A DNA stretch of 64,000 nt from Bdellovibrionales bacterium (GTDB taxonomy: Bacteria > Bdellovibrionota > Bdellovibrionia > Bdellovibrionales > UBA1609). The stretch is taken from positions 320,001-384,000 of the forward strand of contig OZ241456.1 of assembly GCA_965200875.1 (NCBI GenBank). The letters run 5' to 3'. Positions 20,106-29,648 of the stretch are shown here, one piece after another. Every line of letters begins with the position of its first letter. Within the stretch, counting starts at the first letter, position 1. A program made the position numbers and the translations under genes. The notes beneath the pieces were generated by a model that did not search any database, was not told where the DNA came from, and saw only the letters and a program-made list of their open reading frames with translations.

Positions 20106-20600
20106 TTAGCTTGCAGAAGATCTTTTATGGTGGTTGGTGATAGCTCGTTCTATATTAATTTCCCGGTGAATGCGATATAAAATGGATCGTTCTTCCAGAC
20201 CATTTGAGGGTATTCGTTTGGGGTTTTCTATAAAGCCTTTTTGAAGAAGTATCTTTTTTAAGACAGTTACTTTTACAGCAGGTCGGGATTTGGACTTTCC
20301 TTTTATCATTTTTATATGGAGGGTGTATTTTGCGGCCGCTAAGGTGTCATTTCTTTCCACCGGGAATTTCCATATTGTTTCTACAGGAATACTTTCTGTT
20401 TTTAAATATCCTTTTTCATTGTTTTCCGCTTCTATGGGATAGTCTTCCAGAGCTAACATGGTCGCACTCCAGATTTTTTGATAATCAGCCTGGAATATTT
20501 TTGAAATCGGGTGCATAATATTAGCAACCGGGTCTTTAGTCGCGCAACCGGATAACAGGAAAACAGAAAAAAGTGAAAACACCACATAAAATATTTTCAT
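20106..20600 (-). CDS. Lipoprotein, hypothetical
   Basis: Lipobox LLSGC. Confidence 0.75.
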   Translation of the reverse strand: MKIFYVVFSLFSVFLLSGCATKDPVANIMHPISKIFQADYQKIWSATMLALEDYPIEAENNEKGYLKTESIPVETIWKFPVERNDTLAAAKYTLHIKMIKGKSKSRPAVKVTVLKKILLQKGFIENPKRIPSNGLEERSILYRIHREINIERAITNHHKRSSAS

Positions 20601-20701
20601 ACAAAGTCTCTATATTTCTCAGTTTATTTTTATCAATAAATCTCCCCTGAGATTGACATATTAGTATAAAACCAAGACAATAGTTTGGCAATTATTATTA
20701 T

Positions 20702-20775
20702 GGCGGGGTAGCTCAGGTGGTTAGAGCAGCGGAATCATAATCCGCGTGTCGGGGGTTCAAGTCCCTCCCTCGCTA
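20702..20775 (+). tRNA. tRNA with CAT anticodon, probably elongator tRNA-Met; CCA not encoded
   Basis: GGCGGGGTAGCTCAGGTGGTTAGAGC, GCGGA-ATCATAA-TCCGC anticodon arm, GGTTCAAGTCC. Confidence 0.93.
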
Positions 20776-20895
20776 CTTTACTTTAAAGTGACAACTTCCC
20801 GCTTTCGGGGTCGATCCCACTTTTGTTTTTCAAGAAAGTCTTAAAAAATTCCGATTCTTGATATAACTGGTCCAAAATATTGAGAGTATGGAGAA

Positions 20896-22587
20896 ATGAA
20901 CCGAAAAACAAATAATATACGCGCATTAAAAATCAGATCTGTTTTTTTCTGTTCTGTTTTTTTCTGTTTAGCTCTTTGGCTGGGGCTGAACTTGCTTATA
21001 CGATCCGGGTCGGAAACGGAAAACACTTCCAAGAGTTTTGTTTTTGTTCGGGATCCTGCCAATGCTTTGTTTCCCGCCAGCCCCGCTGTGATACCAGCCG
21101 GTACACAAATGATGATACCTCCTTGGGTGTTGCAACAATACCACCTAAGTCCGCAAAATTCTCTGTATGGGGACCCTTTAAATTTTTTGATATATAACTA
21201 TGGCAAATCTGCTCCTTCTGTTGATAACGAAGATGAAGATGACATATATGTTCCTCTCACACGTTATAAAAGTGAAAATTACTATCGGGGTTATGATGAT
21301 TATGATGATGACGATTATTATGATCGTGGAAGAGATGATACAGTTATGATGTCTGTAACTCATTTGCAGGTAGCACCTGATTCCGCACCGGGAGGAGCAG
21401 AGCCACCGGGAGCAGGGTTCGCACCGGGAGCAGAGCCACTGGGAGGAGCAGAAAGTCCACCAGCAGAGGACGAAAAACCACAAGGCCCAAATGGCCCTGT
21501 TTTTGTTACGACAGAATCTGTTGATACCAGTCAAGTTCCTGAGACTCCTGCACTTCGCCCGGAGGAGAATTTATCTGCTACATATCCTGCCACTTGTGAT
21601 ACCACTGATGATGCTTTGTCAGATACAGAAGCGTCTGCACCTTGTGTGAATTGCGAGGATCAGCAACAGGGTTTTTTAACTCAAGTTGGAAAAGAGGTGA
21701 ATAGAATTGCAAGAGGAAAAAAATTTCCATTAGTCATAAGAAAAATTTGTGACAAATGTTCTCAAGTGGATATAAATGATTTAGTGGGATATATGGAACA
21801 AAGATCCAAGAGTGAAAATGTGCCTCCAGAAATTATGTTTGCTATTATGCTTCGTGAATCCAATGGAGATTGCGATGTGAGCGGGGATAGTGATACCAGT
21901 TTTGGTTTATTTCAACTCAATGTAAAAAACAGCTCGAAACTTAGGGTTTGTGAAGCCAATGAATTAAAAAATCAAACTGCAAGCGCACAAAAAACAGCCT
22001 GTAAAAATGGTGCTTATAGAAAAAATTCTAACTATGAAAATGTGCAGTATAAGAGTCAAGGAGGTCCAGATTTTAATCAAAGGCCAAGTATTGGAGTAAA
22101 TGTGTGTTTAAATAACCCTTATTGTAACTTTGAGGAGGCTTTGCATTTGTTGAAAGGGGAAAAGTGGCAAATAGGAAATAATAGAGGAGAGAGAGACAGG
22201 AGCAAGCACAAGCAAAAACCTCGCGGAAAAAGCTGGCAGGAAATGAGTGGAGAAGAAAGAAATCTATGGAGAAACGCTATTATTGCCTATAATGGAGATT
22301 ATTATCATTGGCAAGCTAAGGGGGCTATGGAGAGTGCTCAAGTGTCTGCTGAGCATTTTGATGATTGGGAGCGAAAACGAATATATTTTTTGCGACAATA
22401 TTTGAATATTGGAAACCGAAATAATAAAACTGATTCGCAAAACCGCCAAGCGCAAAAAAATCTCATCCATAATCTGGCTTATGTGGAAAGAATTACGGGC
22501 CGGGAAGCACGCGGGGGTTTGGTGGGCTCTTCTATCTGCCAGTGGACTAAATTCAGAACAGAAAATGCAAAACTATCCTGCAACTGA
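20896..22587 (+). CDS. Membrane-anchored lytic transglycosylase (SLT domain) with low-complexity linker
   Basis: AIMLRES, SFGLFQLN and AIIAYNG lysozyme-like motifs; N-terminal TM; Asp/Tyr-rich and Pro/Gly-rich linker. Confidence 0.75.
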   Translation: MNRKTNNIRALKIRSVFFCSVFFCLALWLGLNLLIRSGSETENTSKSFVFVRDPANALFPASPAVIPAGTQMMIPPWVLQQYHLSPQNSLYGDPLNFLIYNYGKSAPSVDNEDEDDIYVPLTRYKSENYYRGYDDYDDDDYYDRGRDDTVMMSVTHLQVAPDSAPGGAEPPGAGFAPGAEPLGGAESPPAEDEKPQGPNGPVFVTTESVDTSQVPETPALRPEENLSATYPATCDTTDDALSDTEASAPCVNCEDQQQGFLTQVGKEVNRIARGKKFPLVIRKICDKCSQVDINDLVGYMEQRSKSENVPPEIMFAIMLRESNGDCDVSGDSDTSFGLFQLNVKNSSKLRVCEANELKNQTASAQKTACKNGAYRKNSNYENVQYKSQGGPDFNQRPSIGVNVCLNNPYCNFEEALHLLKGEKWQIGNNRGERDRSKHKQKPRGKSWQEMSGEERNLWRNAIIAYNGDYYHWQAKGAMESAQVSAEHFDDWERKRIYFLRQYLNIGNRNNKTDSQNRQAQKNLIHNLAYVERITGREARGGLVGSSICQWTKFRTENAKLSCN

Positions 22588-22588
22588 T

Positions 22589-25162
22589 TTATCTGCATAT
22601 ATTTTTATAGTTGTTATTATGTGTGCCAATATAGATTATCTGAATAATGCCATTTTGATCTTTCTTCCAACACACAACATACTTTTTTCCACTTATATGG
22701 GCATGATAAACATGTCTGTCTCTGAATCTAAATCCTGTTGAGGGTTTACTTACTCCTCTTGGTAGTGTTTCGTTTGGAGGAGGTGATAATCCTGTTCTTC
22801 GTAAAATATTCATTAATTGTGTAAGCTCGTTCAATTTCTCTGGTGGGAATTTATTGCCTTTGTGACCTATATTATTTGCTCTATTGTATGGAAGCATTAC
22901 TATGTGGTTTTCTCCTGCTCTTCTTTTTATCCGTGTTAAACCATTTAATAATTCTTGTATTTGTGTTTCGTCCGTTCTTGCTAATAGATTGCTGAGGATA
23001 GTTACTGTCCGCTCTCTTTCCTGTTCCAGTGTTTGTGGTGGTCTGTTGTGTCCAACCACTCCATCTTCCATAAGTGCTCTTACTTGTGAGGCTATAAAAC
23101 CAGCTTCTCTTAGTATTGTGGCTTTCTGTCTGATTTCAGGTCGGGTATAGACAGTGCGAGCTTGGTTTATCCAATTAGTGACTCTACTAAGCCTTTCTTC
23201 TCCTACAAGATGTGCTCTGTGGATGGCTCTTACTTGATCATTGCTTAAAGTTTGCCCCAAGCTTTCTTCTGCTGATTTTCTGAGTCTTCGTAAGTCACTT
23301 ATTTTTTCAGAAGTTTTTTGAATCGTACGAGCTAAAGCCACAGTCCCGGGAACAGCAACTGGGAGAGATAGCAAAGCCACATTCATCAGGCAGGATTTGT
23401 AATTTGCCTTTAAAGTGGCTGTCTCCTTGATTTCTTCACTACAGCTGTTGTTAGAACTTTGAAACTTAGCTCCCTCTATCCGATTCCAGTTTTCATTGCA
23501 TTCGTCAAAAGTGTCTTGTACATGATCCATTGAAGCCAAAACTTCCGCACTCAATAAAGCCCCCGTCATGCCTCGTGTTGGCTTGGTTGCTCTTCCTGCT
23601 GAAAGCACTCTTGCCACTTTTACTGCCGCTTTTCCTCCTAAAGCGATTCCTGTAAGTCCTAATGTTCCTGCCATCAACAAAGCATCTAAAGCCAGACCTT
23701 CCATTAAGTCATTGGCACTTTCTCTTTTGTCTCTGGCCTCTTCCCGGCATTGCGCCGCCTTGAGTGCAGAAAGCGAAGAGTCCCTCAGGCCATAGCTGTT
23801 GGGGCTTTCCAAATCATCCAGCTTAGGAGAGCTGGCAATAACCTGCAAAGTATTTTGACATTGTTCAGGATCATAAACTTGACTGTTCAAACATTTTAAA
23901 GCTTGTTTTTGCTCTTTCAGTGTGTCCATCAGCTCGAGACTGGTCACCTCTGCTTGATCTTTAAGTAATCGAACCACCTGTTGAGGAGACTCCTTTTCCT
24001 CTTCCAGAAGATCCGAAAGCCCAGACTTAAATTTATTGCCGTTTATCCAAGGGTAAAGCTCATCAATCATCCCTATTGTTGAAGTTAGTTTTTTTTCCTG
24101 ATCTGTCAAAGATTTCAAATCCTCACTCAGCACTGATAAATTCTCTGGAGCTTCAGAGTTTTGCCGGTCTGGTCTGGTTTTGGACCAAGCCCCTGTCCGG
24201 TTTCTTTGAATATACTGATCTGCTACAGAAGTTATTTGCGGGCGAACAGATTTTTTAAGCTTATCCTCTAAAAGCTTTTTGGCCTGAAGGGCCTGTATGG
24301 TTTGTTCAGCCACATCAAGGGATTTTCCAGGAGCGGAACATTGTTTTAAGTTCTCGCACTTTTCAACAAGTGCGGGAAATTCCTGAAAATCACAAGCCAC
24401 TTCAGGGAGCAGGGAGTGGCCTTCTTCTCCGACCATTTCACCTAAACTGGCAAGGCTGGTCAAAGTTTGCTCAATGCCTCTTTCAAGTTTCTTCATGGAA
24501 TAATAGTAATCGGCCACAAATCGTGTTTGATCCTTGGTTGTAACTGCTCTTCCACTTATCCTGCCACGCCGGCCTCTTCCGCTTCTTCCACCGACCCGGT
24601 TTGTTGTCTGAGGAAGACAGTCAGGGGAGCTTACAGGTCTTAGGGGAATAAACGATTCAATAAAATCAGCTTGATTGATATCAGCTTCCAGATGAGAGGG
24701 GTTTGGTTTTGCTCCATCGGTTTCACATTGGGAAATAGGTGAAGAGACTATCCCCAGATGAGAGCTTTTTTGATCCTGAGACAAAAATGTTTTTAAAATG
24801 TTGGGACAGCCAAAGAGAGCCTGGTTTTCTAGGCAAACTCCGGCGCAATTTTCTTCCAAAGGATCTCTTATGGAATTAATTTCCAAAAGAGTGCTCATTT
24901 GTTCTTCGGCAAACTGGTTATGGCATTTCCGCTTTTCCGATTCCTGATTTAAGTTTATAAATTCCTCTAAAGAGGGACAAAAGCAACCCGTTTCTGTATA
25001 ATAAACTCCACCGATCTCAGAACACTGTCTGGTGTTGTTTCTTTCTTCACGGGTTTGTTGATCATCCTGGAGAGATGATCTGTCTGGTTGAGCCAAGGCT
25101 GTTGTTATTATCAACATCCAAGTTGTAAGAGTCATAATCATTTTTACGAGAATCATAATCAT
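22589..25162 (-). CDS. Large secreted Cys-containing protein with a putative RelE/ParE-like C-terminal domain
   Basis: Signal peptide (TALA-Q); hydrophobic Gly/Ala segments; C-terminal YHAHI...YVVCW...IIQIIYIGTH. Confidence 0.6.
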   Translation of the reverse strand: MIMILVKMIMTLTTWMLIITTALAQPDRSSLQDDQQTREERNNTRQCSEIGGVYYTETGCFCPSLEEFINLNQESEKRKCHNQFAEEQMSTLLEINSIRDPLEENCAGVCLENQALFGCPNILKTFLSQDQKSSHLGIVSSPISQCETDGAKPNPSHLEADINQADFIESFIPLRPVSSPDCLPQTTNRVGGRSGRGRRGRISGRAVTTKDQTRFVADYYYSMKKLERGIEQTLTSLASLGEMVGEEGHSLLPEVACDFQEFPALVEKCENLKQCSAPGKSLDVAEQTIQALQAKKLLEDKLKKSVRPQITSVADQYIQRNRTGAWSKTRPDRQNSEAPENLSVLSEDLKSLTDQEKKLTSTIGMIDELYPWINGNKFKSGLSDLLEEEKESPQQVVRLLKDQAEVTSLELMDTLKEQKQALKCLNSQVYDPEQCQNTLQVIASSPKLDDLESPNSYGLRDSSLSALKAAQCREEARDKRESANDLMEGLALDALLMAGTLGLTGIALGGKAAVKVARVLSAGRATKPTRGMTGALLSAEVLASMDHVQDTFDECNENWNRIEGAKFQSSNNSCSEEIKETATLKANYKSCLMNVALLSLPVAVPGTVALARTIQKTSEKISDLRRLRKSAEESLGQTLSNDQVRAIHRAHLVGEERLSRVTNWINQARTVYTRPEIRQKATILREAGFIASQVRALMEDGVVGHNRPPQTLEQERERTVTILSNLLARTDETQIQELLNGLTRIKRRAGENHIVMLPYNRANNIGHKGNKFPPEKLNELTQLMNILRRTGLSPPPNETLPRGVSKPSTGFRFRDRHVYHAHISGKKYVVCWKKDQNGIIQIIYIGTHNNNYKNICR

Positions 25163-25182
25163 TCAGTTGTTTGCAGGCTAGC

Positions 25183-25209
25183 TTATCGGTTGTCTTTTTG
25201 TGGACTTTA
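25183..25209 (-). promoter_or_regulatory. sigma28 (FliA)-type promoter of the 857-aa gene
   Basis: TAAA-N15-ACCGATAA on the minus strand, about 20 bp upstream of the start; nearly identical to the 17187 copy. Confidence 0.7.
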
Positions 25210-25467
25210 GACTTTTATCTTAATTTTTTTAATGAAGCTCAAAAAAATCGTTTATTTTCCCAGACCATTAAATGCGCTCTCTCTTCCTTTTAAATGTGCG
25301 CACTCTTCCTTACAGGAAAGAAATGTTTTTTGAGTTTAGTCTTAGGTCCTGAAGTTATCTTTGGTCTTAATTTTTTTTTAATATATGTCGAAACAGTAAT
25401 AAGAGGCAGTCGTTCTTTAAGCCGTGAAGCGATGTTTTTTAAATTGTGAATATGAGGTAATTTGTAG

Positions 25468-26841
25468 ATGATATTACGAAAAATGTTGAGAAATAAAGTC
25501 ATTATGGTGGTTGGTGTTTTAATCAGTTTTTTAACTTTGGCTTTTCTTTTTTCTTCCTGTGGTTTTGTGAACAAGGGAGGGCCAGGTTCTTTTCAGGTGG
25601 CAAGCCAAGGAGGGCCGGGGGATGGAGAAACGCCCACTTTAGGCCCCCGCTTGCGGGATAACCCCCAATTGGCCGAAGAGAAGTGTGAGGATAATGATCG
25701 TTGTAAGGAGACCTGTCGGGATATGTACCCTGATAGCTATAAAGAATGTTATGGCCTTACCATTCAACAGGTATCCGATGTGGAAAATGTTTTTTATGCT
25801 CTCGTAAACGCAGATTCCGAAGAGCTGGAAGATATCGATGGCGATCATCTAAAAAATTATCTGAAGATTGGTTTAGATAGCTGGCAAGAAAGAGTGATCG
25901 AAAAACTGACCAGTAAAGATAATCGAAATGCCCGATTTTCCAATATTCTAACATGGATTGTAAACGAAGAAAAAGATGTAGTTCCCCTTTTGGAAAAAGA
26001 AGATCCGAAAAATGAAATTCTTGAACAAATTGTGCTGAAATATTGTAATGTGGCAGATAGTGGCAGATGTGGAAACACGGATAGTGCAAATCCCCACACT
26101 GGAGTTAATAATTTTCCGACAGGTTCTTGTGCTCTTAAGATAACAACCTCCACTGAGCCTAGTTATCGTTTTCCAAGTACTCCTAGTTGTACGGCTGGTA
26201 GCCCTGCTACTCACTATGTTTGTCCAGAGCTTAGTTATTTCCCGGAATACTCCATTGCTCATTCATTTACTACATTTAACGAGAGTGATGTTAGTATTGT
26301 TACTCAAGATAACCGGGGTTTTGCCTATGGTAACACTCAAGATGGTAAAGATGGTGTGGTGTTTGATTATGCGGATGATGGGGGATTATATTATTGCTAT
26401 CATTTAGCAGTCAAAACATCAGATCCTACCAAATGCTCAGGTGGGGGCTTTAATACTAACTTTATTGGTGACGATTACCCTTGTATCACTTTAACGCATA
26501 AAAAATTGGCTGAGATAGAAGATGATGACGATAAAGATCTGTTTATGTCTTTGGTGGGAGTGGGAAAGGTGTTTTTTAACAAAGCTGCTGACGATCTCAA
26601 AACAAGTGCTTTTGCTCTTGGGCATAAGCTTTTGGAAAAAGCCTGTAGTGGAGGCACTGATACATCTCTTACTCAATGTATGAGTGTGTTTTATTGCTGG
26701 TTAAATGATCATATAGGTGACGCAGAGATTTCAACAGGTACAGACAGTGAAAAATCATTCCTAAGAAACTCTGATCTTCAGGAAAAAATAGAACTGAGGA
26801 TTGCTGATTTGGAAGAGTGCGATTATAGCAATTTTGACTGA
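25468..26841 (+). CDS. Cys-rich lipoprotein (paralog family)
   Basis: Lipobox FSSC; C-x5-C-x3-C..M motif; C-terminal C..VFYC. Confidence 0.75.
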   Translation: MILRKMLRNKVIMVVGVLISFLTLAFLFSSCGFVNKGGPGSFQVASQGGPGDGETPTLGPRLRDNPQLAEEKCEDNDRCKETCRDMYPDSYKECYGLTIQQVSDVENVFYALVNADSEELEDIDGDHLKNYLKIGLDSWQERVIEKLTSKDNRNARFSNILTWIVNEEKDVVPLLEKEDPKNEILEQIVLKYCNVADSGRCGNTDSANPHTGVNNFPTGSCALKITTSTEPSYRFPSTPSCTAGSPATHYVCPELSYFPEYSIAHSFTTFNESDVSIVTQDNRGFAYGNTQDGKDGVVFDYADDGGLYYCYHLAVKTSDPTKCSGGGFNTNFIGDDYPCITLTHKKLAEIEDDDDKDLFMSLVGVGKVFFNKAADDLKTSAFALGHKLLEKACSGGTDTSLTQCMSVFYCWLNDHIGDAEISTGTDSEKSFLRNSDLQEKIELRIADLEECDYSNFD

Positions 26842-26911
26842 ACTTTAACAGAGCGATACTTAAAATGATAATGCTCTTTAAGGAATAAATAGTGGGAAGG
26901 AGAGTAAAAAA

Positions 26912-28285
26912 ATGCAAAAAATCAGTTTAAAATCAAAGACAAAGTGTGCTTCTTTTTTTAAAAGAGAAAAAAAGAGCTTAGGATTTTATCATATCCGTTT
27001 TTTCTCTGGCAAAGGTATGGGAGGTCCATCTTGGAGAAAAATTATCACTTTTTGGCTTCTTATTTTTTCTTTGGGTAGTCTTTTTTCATGTGGGCTGGCC
27101 AATTATAATTTTGGTTCTTCTAATTCTTCTGCGACTGTTCTGGATTCTCGATCTAATGATGATTCCACGGGAGAGTTTAATTCTCCTAAAGGTCGTCTGG
27201 AATCCTCTGACACTTGTTCCAAGAGTGAGGACTGCAAAGAGCTTTGCGATTCCATGTTGCAAAGATTTTCCTTCCAGAAAAAATGTTACGAATATAAGGA
27301 AGTGGAAGTGCAGTCTTTTAGAGATGTTTATAACCTTTTAGCAGTGGGAAATCCCAGAAAGCTTTCGCGGGTGGATACAGAGAAGATGGAAAAATTTTTA
27401 ACTTTCGGCCCTGAGCTTTGGCAAGATGCCATTTACGGATTTGAAAGACAGAGAAAAGAAGATTGTACACCCAATGACGGGGCTGATGATCCCACAGAGC
27501 GTGAGGATTGTAAGCTTGAGGGTTATTATAAACAGGAGGGTTACTGGAGTGGTGGAGCTTTGGCCGCTTTAGAGTGGATCGCAAAAAACGACTGGCTGGC
27601 TGAGCTTATTGTAAGGCATGATGAAGACCTTGTAATTATGACAAGCCTCTTGGATGTTTTAGCTCATGGAGGAGGAAAAGTTTTTAAAGACCCAGATAGT
27701 GCTATAGAAACCCAAGACAATAAAAACAAAACTTGCAACTTGAATCTCATAGAATTGGATCTGAATGCTAATAGGAATTGTGACAAACCAGCCACCGCTA
27801 ATAATGAGGATTTTAACAAAGATAACGAATGTAGCTTTAAAGACTCTGATTTTGCAAATTTTCACGGCAGGCTTTCTCCTAACTCAGATATCAGATTGGG
27901 TAATACACCCACCAGTATTTCCGTAAATTTGGAAAAACATTATAAGGCTTTTGGTGCAGACTGTGTAAGTGATGATCGTGAGAACTATTTTATCATCGCC
28001 GTGGCGGAAAAAAACAAAAACTCATTAACCTTGGGTCATCAGATGGTGGATAAACTTTGCTCTGACGACATCACTTGCATCCGGTATTTTTATTGTCATA
28101 TTAAAAATGGGTTCAAACAGGGTGACTTGATCTCAGCCACAGACCGTTTCACTACAACAGGCACCCCACCAAAATCTGAACCCAAACCCGCCCAAGAAGG
28201 CACAATACTGCATTACATGGATGATAATAAAGGATCGATTAGTGGCTTTAGAGCTAACACTTACAATAATTGCTATTTTCCATAA
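26912..28285 (+). CDS. Cys-rich lipoprotein (paralog family); true start may be downstream
   Basis: Lipobox LFSC; CSKSEDCKELCDSM and CIRYFYC motifs. Confidence 0.75.
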   Translation: MQKISLKSKTKCASFFKREKKSLGFYHIRFFSGKGMGGPSWRKIITFWLLIFSLGSLFSCGLANYNFGSSNSSATVLDSRSNDDSTGEFNSPKGRLESSDTCSKSEDCKELCDSMLQRFSFQKKCYEYKEVEVQSFRDVYNLLAVGNPRKLSRVDTEKMEKFLTFGPELWQDAIYGFERQRKEDCTPNDGADDPTEREDCKLEGYYKQEGYWSGGALAALEWIAKNDWLAELIVRHDEDLVIMTSLLDVLAHGGGKVFKDPDSAIETQDNKNKTCNLNLIELDLNANRNCDKPATANNEDFNKDNECSFKDSDFANFHGRLSPNSDIRLGNTPTSISVNLEKHYKAFGADCVSDDRENYFIIAVAEKNKNSLTLGHQMVDKLCSDDITCIRYFYCHIKNGFKQGDLISATDRFTTTGTPPKSEPKPAQEGTILHYMDDNKGSISGFRANTYNNCYFP

Positions 28286-28419
28286 TCTTTGATACAAATA
28301 CCTTATTATGGGAACAGCTTTAATCAAAATCGAAAACACATTGGCCACTAAATTTGATATATCATCAGTGTTCATGCTCTTCAGTTTGTTTCCTGTTTTC
28401 CAGCTCTGTCGTCGCTAGG

Positions 28420-29040
28420 TTATGAAACGAATCCTAATACAGCAAATCCAACGATTATCAGACTTCCTAGAATACCCACTAAATTCAATGTGAGGTCTTT
28501 TTTTAAGAGAGACATATCTTTTTTGATTTCCAAACGCAAAAGTTCTATGTCTTTTTTTACATCAGCGATATCTTTTTTGGTTTCGTTGCGCAGAAGTTCT
28601 ATGTCTTTTTTGGTTTCGTTGCGCAGAAGTTCTATGTCTTTTTTTACATCAGCGATATCTTTTTTGGTTTCGTTGCGCAGAAGTTCTATGTCTTTTTTGG
28701 TTTCGTTGCGCAGAAGTTCTATGTCTTTTTTTACATCAGCGATATCTTTTTTGGTTTCGTTGCGCAGAAGTTCTATGTCTTTTTTGGTTTCGTTGCGCAG
28801 AAGTTCTATGTCTTTTTTTACATACTCAATTTCTTTTTTTACATCAGCGATATCTTTTTTGGTTTCGTTGCGCAGAAGTTCTATGTCTTTTTTTACATAC
28901 TCAATTTCTTTTTTTACATCAGCGATGTCTTTTTTAGTGGCCATTACATTTTCCTGAAAATAGATCAGGGTATTGGCTTGTTGTTCTGTGAAGCCGTTTT
29001 CTTTAAGATATTCCACTTGTTTGATTAAAGCAGTAGCCAT
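28420..29040 (-). CDS. DUF1640/Bdr-like coiled-coil repeat protein with C-terminal TM
   Basis: LKENGFTEQQA, ATKKDI, tandem KDIELLRNETK and KDIADVK units. Confidence 0.8.
   Translation of the reverse strand: MATALIKQVEYLKENGFTEQQANTLIYFQENVMATKKDIADVKKEIEYVKKDIELLRNETKKDIADVKKEIEYVKKDIELLRNETKKDIELLRNETKKDIADVKKDIELLRNETKKDIELLRNETKKDIADVKKDIELLRNETKKDIELLRNETKKDIADVKKDIELLRLEIKKDMSLLKKDLTLNLVGILGSLIIVGFAVLGFVS
28520..28935. repeat. Intragenic tandem repeat of mixed 33-bp and 21-bp units
   Basis: Near-perfect repetition of TCTTTTTTGGTTTCGTTGCGCAGAAGTTCTATG and TCTTTTTTTACATCAGCGATA. Confidence 0.9.
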
Positions 29041-29286
29041 AGTAAGTTACTTGTATCAGTATTTTGCAAAAAAGTCAATATTACTTAGAAATCCTGGAAA
29101 AAGCTGTTAACGAACTGTTATTACTTGATTTTTTTATAAAAAATGTTAAAAATAATTAGCTTGAAAAACCCTTAACACTTGATAAGAGGTGGAAAGTGGT
29201 ATAGCTTTTTAATCAGTAGGGTGAGTAAAGTGATCATTTGTAAACTTAGGGGTAAAATATTAAGCTCATATAAGGAGGAATGGCAA

Positions 29287-29601
29287 GTGTCCACAGAAAA
29301 TCATACAGAAAACCATATAGTATCTTTTTCTCTTTACACAAAGGTGTTGTCCACTTTACTGGTTTTGACAGTTTTAACTGTGTTGGTTGCTCAAATGGAT
29401 TTTGGCGTATTTAATGTTCTGATTGCAATGGGCATTGCTAGTGTCAAAGCGGTTTTGGTTTTGCTTTTTTTTATGCACCTGAAATACGACAATAAACTTT
29501 TCCCGGTGATTTTTTTTACCGGAGTATTTTTTTTGGCAATTTTATTTTTATTTTGTGAGTTTGATATTATCACTCGCATTCCTGAATTTTCTGTATTGTA
29601 G
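29287..29601 (+). CDS. Cytochrome c oxidase subunit IV family protein (CtaF/CyoD-like)
   Basis: AGGAGG RBS before GTG; three TMs; KAVLVLLFFMHLKYD motif. Confidence 0.85.
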   Translation: MSTENHTENHIVSFSLYTKVLSTLLVLTVLTVLVAQMDFGVFNVLIAMGIASVKAVLVLLFFMHLKYDNKLFPVIFFTGVFFLAILFLFCEFDIITRIPEFSVL

Positions 29602-29648
29602 CATTGTATAAAATGTCTTTCACAAAGCTACTCACCTTGTATGCCTGA

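Noticed and set aside
28490..28957. 155-aa plus-strand repeat ORF (likewise 35440-35853)
   Set aside because: Antisense shadows of the coiled-coil VNTR genes.
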